Source: Desulfomicrobium sp. (GTDB lineage: Bacteria; Desulfobacterota; Desulfovibrionia; Desulfovibrionales; Desulfomicrobiaceae). From it: a stretch of DNA of 64,000 nucleotides. The notes under the pieces are model-generated. The model saw only the letters and a program-made list of their open reading frames with translations, ran no database searches and was not told the origin of the DNA. This document shows, one piece after another, positions 28,271 to 37,173 of the stretch. Position 1 is the stretch's first letter. The number at the start of each line of letters is the position of its first letter. A program made the translations under genes and the position numbers. Location: NCBI GenBank assembly GCA_040768745.1, contig JAXGMI010000001.1, positions 1,824,001 through 1,888,000 of the forward strand, in the 5' to 3' direction.

Positions 28271-29260
28271 ATGCACCCCTTTGTCTCTTCTCTTTCAGTA
28301 CGCGGAAGATTGGCCCCCAGCCCCACGGGTCATCTGCATCTGGGCAACGCTTGGTCATTTCTCTTATGCTGGCTGGCCGTGCGCTCCCAAGGTGGGCGCG
28401 TGGTGCTGCGCCTGGAGGACATCGATCCGGACCGGGCCCGGCCCACGTACGCCTCAACCATCATGCGCGACCTGTCCTGGTTGGGATTGGATTGGGACGA
28501 AGGCCCGGACCTTGGTGGTCCTTCCGGGCCCTACACCCAGAGCGAGCGTTTGGATCGCTACGCCGAGGTCATGGAGATTCTGTCCCGCCAGGGCCGGACC
28601 TATCCCTGCTACTGTACGCGCAGGGAACTCAAGTCCATGGCTTCGGCCCCCCACGCCGGGGATGTGGGGCCCATTTATCCCGGGACCTGCCTGCATCTTT
28701 CCGCGGCGCAGCGCGCCGAACGTGAAGCCGCGGGGCGCGCGCCTGCCGTGCGTCTGCACGGCGGCGGCACGACGTCATTTTACGACCTGATTCAAGGGGC
28801 TGTGCGGCTGGGTTGGGAGGAATGCGGCGGGGACTTTCCCCTGCAACGGTCCGACGGGGTGATCTCCTACCAATTGGCCGTGGCTGTGGACGACCTGGAC
28901 CAGGGCATCAGCCTGGTCGTGCGCGGGGCCGACATCCTGTCCAGCACTCCGCGTCAGATGGTGCTGTTTCGCCTGTTGGGAGGGACTGTCCCGCAGTACG
29001 CGCACGTGCCTCTGGTCCTGGACCATCACGGGGAACGACTGGCCAAGCGGCATCAATCCATGGAATTGCGCGCCCTGAGGGAGCAGGGAATCTCACCCAG
29101 GGCAGTGGCCGGGTACCTCGCCGACCTGGCCGGGCTTCTCCCCCAGGCCGGGCCGGCGACTCCGGCCGAACTCCTCCCTTTCTTTTCCTGGGAACGCATT
29201 CCACGCCATCCGGTGTTCCTGCCGCCACAGATCATGACCCTGCTGGCTGATCTCTCCTAG
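28271..29260 (+). CDS. gluQ: tRNA glutamyl-Q(34) synthetase (start uncertain: 28253 or 28271)
   Basis: RLAPSPTGHLHLGN, YPCYCTR, YQLAVAVDD, RGAD, LAKR; no anticodon-binding domain. Confidence 0.88.
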   Translation: MHPFVSSLSVRGRLAPSPTGHLHLGNAWSFLLCWLAVRSQGGRVVLRLEDIDPDRARPTYASTIMRDLSWLGLDWDEGPDLGGPSGPYTQSERLDRYAEVMEILSRQGRTYPCYCTRRELKSMASAPHAGDVGPIYPGTCLHLSAAQRAEREAAGRAPAVRLHGGGTTSFYDLIQGAVRLGWEECGGDFPLQRSDGVISYQLAVAVDDLDQGISLVVRGADILSSTPRQMVLFRLLGGTVPQYAHVPLVLDHHGERLAKRHQSMELRALREQGISPRAVAGYLADLAGLLPQAGPATPAELLPFFSWERIPRHPVFLPPQIMTLLADLS

Positions 29261-29272
29261 CCCAACACCTGT

Positions 29273-30055
29273 TCAACGATTTTTTTCCAGCCGGTCCAGC
29301 AGGCGCAGGTATCCGTCCAGAATGGTGAGGGGATGCGGCGGACAGCCAGGGATGTGGAGGTCGATGGGCACGATGGATCCCGCCCCGTCGTTGGTCTGGG
29401 CGTGTCCGGCAAAGGGTCCCCCGCTGATGGCGCAGGCGCCCACGGCGATGGCGATGCGCGGCTCGGGCACGGCCTCCCATGTCTTGCGCAGAGCCAGTTC
29501 CATGCCCTTGGACACGGGTCCGGTGATGAGCACGCCATCGGCATGCCGGGGGGAGGCCACATACTGGATGCCGAATCTGCTCAGGTCCCAGCCGATGGTC
29601 CCCAGCACGTTGATGTCCGCCTCGCACGCTCCGCATCCTCCCGCGCTGACCTGCCGCAGGCGCAGAGACCTGCCGAACAGGCGTCGCATCTTTTCGTCCA
29701 GTGCTTCGGCCAGCCGCATTTCCGTCTGTGCGGGGCTGAGGACCAGATCCTCCCTGCGTCTGGCTGCCAGGCGGTGGTCGTTGGTCTGCTGGATGGCCCC
29801 CTGGGGGCAGGCCGTGACGCAGTCCGCACAGAACAGGCAGCGGCCCAGATCCAGGCGGAGTTGACCGTTGGATCTGACGATGGCCTGACTCGGGCAGACC
29901 TCCACGCACAACGCGCATGTTGCGGAACATTTCGACGGATCCAGGCGCAAGGCCCCGCCGTGGCGGTCGGGCAGATCCGGGGCCGGGCCCTTGGGAAATG
30001 CCATGGTCATGCAGCCGCGTTTGAGACGATTGGTCAACGTATCGAAAATATACAT
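29273..30055 (-). CDS. Ehr/Hyf small subunit: 2x[4Fe-4S] ferredoxin fused to a NuoB-like domain
   Basis: CSATCALCVEVCP, CLFCADCVTACP, GCGACE, SPRHAD, GACA, PGCPP. Confidence 0.9.
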   Translation of the reverse strand: MYIFDTLTNRLKRGCMTMAFPKGPAPDLPDRHGGALRLDPSKCSATCALCVEVCPSQAIVRSNGQLRLDLGRCLFCADCVTACPQGAIQQTNDHRLAARRREDLVLSPAQTEMRLAEALDEKMRRLFGRSLRLRQVSAGGCGACEADINVLGTIGWDLSRFGIQYVASPRHADGVLITGPVSKGMELALRKTWEAVPEPRIAIAVGACAISGGPFAGHAQTNDGAGSIVPIDLHIPGCPPHPLTILDGYLRLLDRLEKNR

Positions 30056-30065
30056 GAACGGTCTC

Positions 30066-31547
30066 CTAGAGGTCGAAGCCGCAATAGGACAGAGTGAAGC
30101 TCTTGTTGCAGAGCGGGAAGTCCGAGATGGCCGTACCGCGCAAGGACAGGGCCAGACCGGTCCAGTTGTGGAACGAGGGGTCCGTGATCTTGTAGCGCCG
30201 GAACCGACCGCTGTGGTCAGTCAGGGCGGCGTGACAGACTTCCCCTCGCCACCCTTCCACCAGGGCCGCGGTCAGGGATTCGGGCGCTGGGACAGGGGCT
30301 GGTGCGAGGATGTCTCCGTCCACTGGCCCGTCGAGCTGTTCCAGCAGGTAACGGCCAGACCGCTGAATTTCCAGGGATTTGACCCGGGCGCGGGCTAAAA
30401 TGTCCCCGCTGGGCCAGACCGCGACAGGAGCCTGGGAGAATCGGTGCCATCCGGCCGGGTGGTCGTAGCGCACATCCCTGACCAGCCCGCTGGCCCTCGC
30501 GGCCGGCCCGACCAGACCGATGTCCGAGGCCTGGGACGTATGCACGACCCCCACGTTAAGGAAGCGGACCCGGACCGAGGCCGCGTCCCAGAACCAAGCC
30601 GTGGCCTGCTCCACGTCGGCCAGATGGGTCTCAAGCCTGGCTTTCAGGGTCTGCAGCCGCTGGGGATCCAGATCATGCCGGCATCCGCCTGGGCGGATCA
30701 ATCCGCGGCCAAACCGGTTTCCACACATGAGGGCCGTCAGGTTCAGAAAATCGCCCCGGATCTTGCCGCAGGCAGACATGGTCGGCAGAAAGGCCACGTC
30801 TCCGGCCAGGGCTCCCATGTCGCCAGTGTGGTTGGCCAGGCGTTCCAGTTCCAGGGCCAGGGCGCGCAGCCATTGGGCCCTGAGGGGGGCCTCGATTCCG
30901 GCCAGGGACTCCATGACCATGGCATGGGCTGTGGCGTGGGCAATGGTCGCGTCCCCGGAAACAGTCTCCATCTGACTCATGGTGGCCCGGTGCGGACCGC
31001 CGCCCATGTGCTCCTCGACGCCCCGGTGCTGGTAGCCCAGGGCGATCTCCAGGTGCAAAACTTCCTCCCCCTGGCACTGGAAGCGGAAATGGCCAGGTTC
31101 GATGACACCGGCGTGAACCGGGCCCACGGCCACCTCATGCACTTCGCCCCCGTCAACGCGGAAAAAGGGGGCGTTGGCCGGGGCCGTCCCGTTGGCATGG
31201 CGCACGGGCTTGATCCAGGGGTGTCCCAGGGGCACCAGCCCGTGCTGTTCCCAGACCTCGCGCTCAAAAAGGTGGGCCTGGGGATATCTGGGGGTCAGGG
31301 ATGGGTAGGATCCGCTGATGGGTTCGCTGCGGGCCACCCCCAGGACGCTTTCGGAATCCATGGCCAGAATTGCGACCAGGCATGTTTCCTCGTGATCCTG
31401 AACCCCGAACCAGGAGCAGATGCGGGCTCCCCGGTCCAGGAGTTCGCCCGTGACCCGGACCAGCTTGGTGATGGAGAAAACCGGCACTGCCGGCCAGGAG
31501 ACGCTAGATCCGTTGGGGAAGATGAAAAATGGGGCAAGTGTGTTCAT
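30066..31547 (-). CDS. Ehr/HyfG-like large subunit (NuoC+D-like) lacking Ni-binding CxxC motifs
   Basis: FEREVWEQHG, GPVHAGVIEPGHFRF, HRGVE, ELERLANH, EGWRG; C-terminal DFPLCNKSFTLSYCGFDL. Confidence 0.9.
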   Translation of the reverse strand: MNTLAPFFIFPNGSSVSWPAVPVFSITKLVRVTGELLDRGARICSWFGVQDHEETCLVAILAMDSESVLGVARSEPISGSYPSLTPRYPQAHLFEREVWEQHGLVPLGHPWIKPVRHANGTAPANAPFFRVDGGEVHEVAVGPVHAGVIEPGHFRFQCQGEEVLHLEIALGYQHRGVEEHMGGGPHRATMSQMETVSGDATIAHATAHAMVMESLAGIEAPLRAQWLRALALELERLANHTGDMGALAGDVAFLPTMSACGKIRGDFLNLTALMCGNRFGRGLIRPGGCRHDLDPQRLQTLKARLETHLADVEQATAWFWDAASVRVRFLNVGVVHTSQASDIGLVGPAARASGLVRDVRYDHPAGWHRFSQAPVAVWPSGDILARARVKSLEIQRSGRYLLEQLDGPVDGDILAPAPVPAPESLTAALVEGWRGEVCHAALTDHSGRFRRYKITDPSFHNWTGLALSLRGTAISDFPLCNKSFTLSYCGFDL

Positions 31548-32980
31548 GGCTGTGCAAAGAGTTGGAGAAGAGCTGCGGACCATGCGTCCCGAAGGACCTG
31601 AGGGGTGAACAGTCCGAGCCAGAGGGAGGCCACAAGCAGGGCAAGGGACGGCGCGATGATGCCGGCCGTCTCCTTGAGATGAATGCGTTCGGGGTTTTTC
31701 AGGCGGGGCCGGCCGTCAACGACGGCAAACACGATGCGGGACAATCCCAGGAAGGCCAGCAGCAGGCAGAAAAGAAAGAGGCCGATGGCCCAGCCCTGGC
31801 CCGCGCCCAGGCCCACCCGGATGATGAGCAGCTCGCTGAAGAAAGGGGCAAAGGGTGGGCAGGCCGTGATGGCGAACATGCCGGCCACGAAGATGCGCGA
31901 TGATCGGGGCAGAATCAAGGACATGCCCCGGACGTCATCCATGGAGGAGGATTTGGCGGCTCGCTGCAGGTTGGCGGCGCTGAGGAACAGGGCGCCTTTG
32001 GTCAGACCGTTGCTCCAGATATGGAAGAGCGCGGCCCACGCGCCCGGCGCCCCAAAGGACGCAGCGATGCTCAGGATGCCCATGTGTTCGATGCTGGAGT
32101 AGGCAAGCATGCGCTTGAAGTCTCGCGTGCGGAGCAGGAACAGGGCCGCCACCAGGGTGGAGAAGAGGCCGAGGCCGAGCAGGGTGCGGGACGCGAAAAC
32201 CGATTCTCCGGCCGCGTCGATGACGGACTTTATGCGCAGCAGAGCCATGAAGGCCACGGAGGTCACTCCACCGGCCAGAATGGCGCCGACTATGCCCGGG
32301 CTCTCTCCATACGCGTCGGGCTTCCAGGTGTGCATGGGAGCAAGGCCCATCTTGGTACCGTAGCCGACGAGGAGAAGAACCCAGGCCGCCAGGACCCAGA
32401 CTTTGGACAGCAGGGGACCGTGTTCGAGAAGGGCCGTGAAGGTGATATCTCCGGATCCTCCGCCATGGAGGGACGCGTAGCCCAGGCAGATGGAGCCGAG
32501 CAGGGACAGGGCGATGCCGGTGCCCCCGACGAGGAGATATTTCCAGGTGGCCTCGAAGGCCCGGGGTGTACCCAGGAAATGGATCAAGGGCACGGCGGCC
32601 AAAGTCACGGCCTCCGTGGCGATCCACAGGATGCCAAGGTGCCGGGCCTGGTGCCCGGCGCTCAAGAGTCCCAGCACCAGGAGCAGTGCTGCCACGAAGA
32701 CCCGGTTGTCCTGGGGATGCAGGCGCAGGTAGCTGACGGCGTAGACCGCGCAGGCCAGGAAGAGGAGGGACACGCCTGGCAGGATGGCCCGGGCCAGGGG
32801 GTCGAACGCCAGCCATGCGGCAGGGTCGAAGCCCGGGGGCCGAGTTAGAAACCAGAATGCCAGCAGGGTGTGGGCCAGGGCGAACACGGGCAGAAACAGG
32901 GGTCGGGTGCGATTGCTCGGCCACAAGGCCGAGAGGATGGCCCCCAGGAAGGGAATGAGGATGAGCAATAGGGATTTCAT
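31544..32980 (-). CDS. HyfF-like proton-translocating membrane subunit
   Basis: EATWKY, GYGTKMGLAPMHTWKPDAY, KRMLAYSSIEH. Confidence 0.9.
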   Translation of the reverse strand: MKSLLLILIPFLGAILSALWPSNRTRPLFLPVFALAHTLLAFWFLTRPPGFDPAAWLAFDPLARAILPGVSLLFLACAVYAVSYLRLHPQDNRVFVAALLLVLGLLSAGHQARHLGILWIATEAVTLAAVPLIHFLGTPRAFEATWKYLLVGGTGIALSLLGSICLGYASLHGGGSGDITFTALLEHGPLLSKVWVLAAWVLLLVGYGTKMGLAPMHTWKPDAYGESPGIVGAILAGGVTSVAFMALLRIKSVIDAAGESVFASRTLLGLGLFSTLVAALFLLRTRDFKRMLAYSSIEHMGILSIAASFGAPGAWAALFHIWSNGLTKGALFLSAANLQRAAKSSSMDDVRGMSLILPRSSRIFVAGMFAITACPPFAPFFSELLIIRVGLGAGQGWAIGLFLFCLLLAFLGLSRIVFAVVDGRPRLKNPERIHLKETAGIIAPSLALLVASLWLGLFTPQVLRDAWSAALLQLFAQP

Positions 32981-33621
32981 TCGTGCAGTGCCGTGAGTTT
33001 GCGGGTGTCAAGGGAATCGAAGGCCCTCTGGATGCGATCGACAATGATGCCGATGATGAAGATGCCGACCGTGACGTCCAGAAGGATGCCGAATTCAACC
33101 AGCATGGGGGTCGCGTGGATGAGCAGCAGTCCGAAGAGGTAGATCCCATTTTCCAGAATGAGGTAGCCGCAAACCTGGGAAATGGCCTTGGTCCTGCCGA
33201 TGAGCAGGATGAATCCGGTCAGGATGAGGGCAATGGCCCCCGGCACGAGCAGGGATCCGACATGCTCAGGAAAAAGGGGCAGATGCTGGGCAATGACCAC
33301 GGCGGCGATGGTCGCGGCTGCACCCAGAAGGAGCGAAGAGATATAGCCGATGAAGGGCTCCAGCTCACGGGCGATGTTGGCCGTGCGCATGGCCCTGTGC
33401 AGCAGGGTGGGAATGATGAATCCCTTGCCGGCTACGGTGGCGATGGTGATGAACACGAGCTGCCAGTCCATGGCCCCGTGTTCGAGCAGGAGGGGCAACA
33501 GTCCGAGCAGGACGCCCTGGGCGGCCACGGCCCGGATCAGCAGGCGCAGTCGGCTGGTGCCCAGGGCCAGCAGGTTGAGACCCACGGCCAGCCCAGTGAG
33601 AAGATTGAGGATTTCATTCAT
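32977..33621 (-). CDS. HyfE-like membrane subunit
   Basis: GYLILENGIYLFG..VEFGILLD. Confidence 0.88.
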   Translation of the reverse strand: MNEILNLLTGLAVGLNLLALGTSRLRLLIRAVAAQGVLLGLLPLLLEHGAMDWQLVFITIATVAGKGFIIPTLLHRAMRTANIARELEPFIGYISSLLLGAAATIAAVVIAQHLPLFPEHVGSLLVPGAIALILTGFILLIGRTKAISQVCGYLILENGIYLFGLLLIHATPMLVEFGILLDVTVGIFIIGIIVDRIQRAFDSLDTRKLTALHE

Positions 33622-34526
33622 AAGACACCTTCCATCCACGTCAGGAGCAAGGGAAAGAGGCAAAACAGGAAGCCGATGGTCAGCAGGAGAGGCACCCTCC
33701 GGAAGGCCAAACGGGCCGTCAGGGATTCGACCAGGCCCACGGCCACCACGACCAGCACAATGCCGCCGGCCATGGCGGCCAGCGAAAGGCCGAGAGGCAT
33801 GTGAGCCAAAGGCAGCACGGCCTGGACCAGCAGTGCGGAGAACAGCATCATTTTGACGGCGGCCCCGTGCAGAATCAGGGCGAAAGGAGGGCCGCTGTGA
33901 TCCAGAACCATGACCTCGTGGATCATGGTCAGCTCCAGGTGGGTATTCGGATCGTCGAAGGGGACCCGGCAGTTTTCAGCCAGCAGGATGATGAACAGCC
34001 CTACGGCCAACAGGGCCGCTCCGGGTCCGGGCGGGGGGGTGAACATGGAGGCCAAGGAGATGCTGCCGGACTCCAGGGCCAGGGTCAGAATGGCGGTGAT
34101 GATGCCGATTTCGGCCAGGACAGCAAAGCTCACTTCCCGGGCTGCGCCCATGCCCTCGAAGGCAGAGCCGGTCTCCATGGCTCCCCAGGCCGTGCTGAAA
34201 CGGGCCAGGGCCAGGAGATAGACCAGCAGGAGCACGTCGCCGTCAAAGGAAAAAATGCACCCGGCGCGCCCCAGGGGCATGAGCATGGCCGCCGCCACCA
34301 CGGCCACCCAGGCCACGGCCGGGGCAATCAGAAATCCAGGCGAGGCCAGGGTGCTCATGACCACGCCCTTGCGCCACAGCCGGGCCAAGTCAAAGTAGAG
34401 CTGCAGCACTGGCGGGCCCTGACGGCAGGCCACCCAGGCCTTGACCTTGTTGATGATACCCGGAAGCAAGGGGGCCAGGACCAGCCAGACCAGAAGACGT
34501 GCGAGAATGTCGAGGGCCTCCATCAC
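33618..34526 (-). CDS. HyfC/NuoH-like membrane subunit
   Basis: RQGPPVLQ, FEGMGAARE, ENCRVPFD..ELTMIHE. Confidence 0.9.
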   Translation of the reverse strand: MMEALDILARLLVWLVLAPLLPGIINKVKAWVACRQGPPVLQLYFDLARLWRKGVVMSTLASPGFLIAPAVAWVAVVAAAMLMPLGRAGCIFSFDGDVLLLVYLLALARFSTAWGAMETGSAFEGMGAAREVSFAVLAEIGIITAILTLALESGSISLASMFTPPPGPGAALLAVGLFIILLAENCRVPFDDPNTHLELTMIHEVMVLDHSGPPFALILHGAAVKMMLFSALLVQAVLPLAHMPLGLSLAAMAGGIVLVVVAVGLVESLTARLAFRRVPLLLTIGFLFCLFPLLLTWMEGVL

Positions 34527-36460
34527 ATTCCTCCCCAGAAGGCCATGGCGCCCAGGGCCATGACACCGGCAAAAACATACAGGATGTAGAGGTGCAGCCG
34601 GCCGTGCTGCATTTTTTTGGCTCCCTCGGCGAGCAGCCCCACACCCCTACCCAGGGGGTGAATGCAGTACTCAAGGACGGTTTCAGGGGTCCGTTCCAGG
34701 TAGAGGGCTTTTTCGGGGAACTGGCCGCGCACCTTGCGGACCAGACGCGCGGGGCGCAAGATCCACGCAAACCATCGCGTCACGATGCCGGCAAAGGAGC
34801 CGCTGGTGTACTGCATGTGTGTGGTGGGGGCGGCATAGCCGCAGTCCCAGGTCAGGGAGTCGCGCAATCCGTTTCGGGAGACCTTGCGCAGGACCACATA
34901 CGCTGCGGCCAGCAGTCCGCAGGCCAGAAGCAGGTGCAGACTGCCCAGATGGAAGACGGGGATATCCACATTTCCTGACCAGCCCGGATTCCATGCCGTG
35001 GCCGCGATTGCAGCGGGGCCGAGGGCCATGGCCGGAAACAGTCCGACCCAGAGCATGAGCCCGGCCAGGACAAGCATGGGCGCGCGCATGCCCCAACCGC
35101 ACTCCTGCACAGGGGCAGTGCGCCTGGTCCGCGGGGCACCGAGGAAGATGATGGCCACAGCCTTGGCAAAAGCGGCCAGGGCCAGGGCTCCGGCGGCGGC
35201 CAGGACGATGACGGACGGAACGATGGCCCCGGACACGGGGCCTTTGGCCGCCACAGCCCGGATCAGCCCGAGGTAGATCATCCATTCACTGACAAAACCG
35301 TTCAGGGGCGGAAGACCGGACACGGCCGCCGATCCCAGGGCAAAGAGCGACGCGGTCCAGGGCAGGAACCTCCACAGTCCGCCAAGCCGGCTCATGTCCC
35401 GGGTTCCCGTGGCATGGAGCACGGAGCCCGCCCCAAGAAAAAGGAGGGACTTGAACAGGCTGTGGTTCCAGACATGCAGCAGGGTTCCGCACAGGGCCAC
35501 CCGGCCCCAGGCTGCCTGCCCATTGGCCATGGCCAGGATGGCCAGTCCCAGTCCGGTCAGAATGATGCCGATGTTTTCCACGGAACAGTAGGCCAGCAGG
35601 CGCTTGAAATCGTTCTGAGCCATGGCGAAAGCGATGCCCAGGAGAGCGCTCATGGCCCCAAGCCCCAGCACGACCCATCCAGCCCCCGGGGGGAGTGGGA
35701 GCCAGGCGCTGAAGCGGACAATGCCGTAAACGCCCATCTTGATGGCCACGGCGGACATCAAGGCCGAGACGTGGCTTGGTGCGTTGGCATGGGCCGAAGG
35801 CAGCCAGACGTGCAGGGGAAAGAGGCCTGCTTTGACTCCAAAGCCGCACAGGGCCAGCCAGAAGAGGGGGGCCAGGGCGGCCTGGTCACGCATGGGGCCC
35901 AGGGCCCAGCTCCCGGTGCGGGCAGCCACGGCCGAGAAAAAGGCGAAAAGGATCATGGTTCCGGCATGGGAGGCGGCCAGGTAGAGCCAGCCGGCCTTCC
36001 GCGTTTCCGGTGCGGTATTGTCCAGGGTGATGAGGAAGTAGGCGCTGATGGCGAAGATTTCCCACGCCAGCAGGAAATGCAGTCCGTTGGCCAGGCTCAA
36101 GACCAGGATCATGCCCAGGATCAGGGCCGCGCTCCAGGACCGGCCACGGGGAGCCGAATCCGGATGGTGGTGATCGGACCAGTATTCGCGGGAGTAGACT
36201 GCGCTCAGCCCTCCGATCACGCTGACCGGAACAAGGAAAAGGGCGGAAATGCCATCCACGAGAAATTGTGGGGTCTGGCAGCCGAGGGTGAACGAGGCTT
36301 CCCATGCCCAATTTCCCGCGTCTCCCAGGACTTGGGCTGCGCTGATGAGGGCGCAGCCCGCTCCGGACAGAACCAAGGCAAGCCAGAGGCGGGGGAATCG
36401 TCCGCTCAGGATGGCCAGGCACAGGCAGGCCAGGGACCCAAAGAAGAACGGTGGGATCAT
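34523..36460 (-). CDS. HyfB-like antiporter subunit (paralog 2)
   Basis: KAGLFPLHVWLPSAH, KRLLAYCSVEN, GLPPLNGFVSEW, TWDCGY..MQYT. Confidence 0.9.
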   Translation of the reverse strand: MIPPFFFGSLACLCLAILSGRFPRLWLALVLSGAGCALISAAQVLGDAGNWAWEASFTLGCQTPQFLVDGISALFLVPVSVIGGLSAVYSREYWSDHHHPDSAPRGRSWSAALILGMILVLSLANGLHFLLAWEIFAISAYFLITLDNTAPETRKAGWLYLAASHAGTMILFAFFSAVAARTGSWALGPMRDQAALAPLFWLALCGFGVKAGLFPLHVWLPSAHANAPSHVSALMSAVAIKMGVYGIVRFSAWLPLPPGAGWVVLGLGAMSALLGIAFAMAQNDFKRLLAYCSVENIGIILTGLGLAILAMANGQAAWGRVALCGTLLHVWNHSLFKSLLFLGAGSVLHATGTRDMSRLGGLWRFLPWTASLFALGSAAVSGLPPLNGFVSEWMIYLGLIRAVAAKGPVSGAIVPSVIVLAAAGALALAAFAKAVAIIFLGAPRTRRTAPVQECGWGMRAPMLVLAGLMLWVGLFPAMALGPAAIAATAWNPGWSGNVDIPVFHLGSLHLLLACGLLAAAYVVLRKVSRNGLRDSLTWDCGYAAPTTHMQYTSGSFAGIVTRWFAWILRPARLVRKVRGQFPEKALYLERTPETVLEYCIHPLGRGVGLLAEGAKKMQHGRLHLYILYVFAGVMALGAMAFWGGM

Positions 36461-37143
36461 CGAGGCAGCCCTTTATGGGTGTCTGCTCCCTTCTCGACAA
36501 CTTTGAAAATGGCCTCGTCGTCCATTTCTGCATCCAGGTTCTGCAGTGCCCCTGAGGTGATGCCTTTGGCCAGCAGGCCGAGCATGTTCACGTGCAGGCG
36601 GGGGGTGGGGGAAATGAAAAAAAGCATGCGCGTGATGGGTATTCCGTCAGGCGGATCGGCCTCGGTGAAGGGGGTCTTGAGCAGGATCAGGGCCACCAGG
36701 GCGCAGTCTTCGCCCAGGGAGACACGCATGGCCGGATGGGGCAGGGCGAAGCCGCTGCCCACAGGGGCGATGTTCACCCCGCCGGGAGCGCACATGCGTT
36801 GCACGAGCATGTTCTGCACGGGACCGGGCAGGCCCGGAAGCCGGCCGACGATGCGATCACAGATCTGAGGCAGGTCGGTCTGCAGCACGTCACGCCAGAT
36901 CCCGCCACGACGAAGCAGAGGCCCCAGAGCCAGAGTGTCGGCCTGGGCCGGAGCAGGTTCCGACAGAAAGCCGGTATGGGCGGCAAGCCCATGCTTGGCG
37001 GCCCATTCCATAACCTGGGAGCGTTCGAAGAGGATGCGGCCCCGGTCATGGACGTGAGGCATGCCTTCCTTGCGCACCCAGTCGGTGACGACACTTTCTG
37101 ACACGCCGAAGGATTCAGCAATTTGGATAAGATTGAGGTACAT
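36457..37143 (-). CDS. Excisionase-type HTH fused to a PTS EIIA(Ntr)-like domain
   Basis: LIQIAESFGVSESVVTDWVR..FERSQVMEWA; GSGFALPHP (phospho-His motif). Confidence 0.82.
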   Translation of the reverse strand: MYLNLIQIAESFGVSESVVTDWVRKEGMPHVHDRGRILFERSQVMEWAAKHGLAAHTGFLSEPAPAQADTLALGPLLRRGGIWRDVLQTDLPQICDRIVGRLPGLPGPVQNMLVQRMCAPGGVNIAPVGSGFALPHPAMRVSLGEDCALVALILLKTPFTEADPPDGIPITRMLFFISPTPRLHVNMLGLLAKGITSGALQNLDAEMDDEAIFKVVEKGADTHKGLPR

Positions 37144-37173
37144 GATGTGAGTGAGATTTGAGTGTTTCCGAAA

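Noticed and set aside
30066..31547. Calling the operon a true [NiFe] hydrogenase-4 / formate hydrogenlyase
   Set aside because: Both Ni-binding CxxC motifs are absent.
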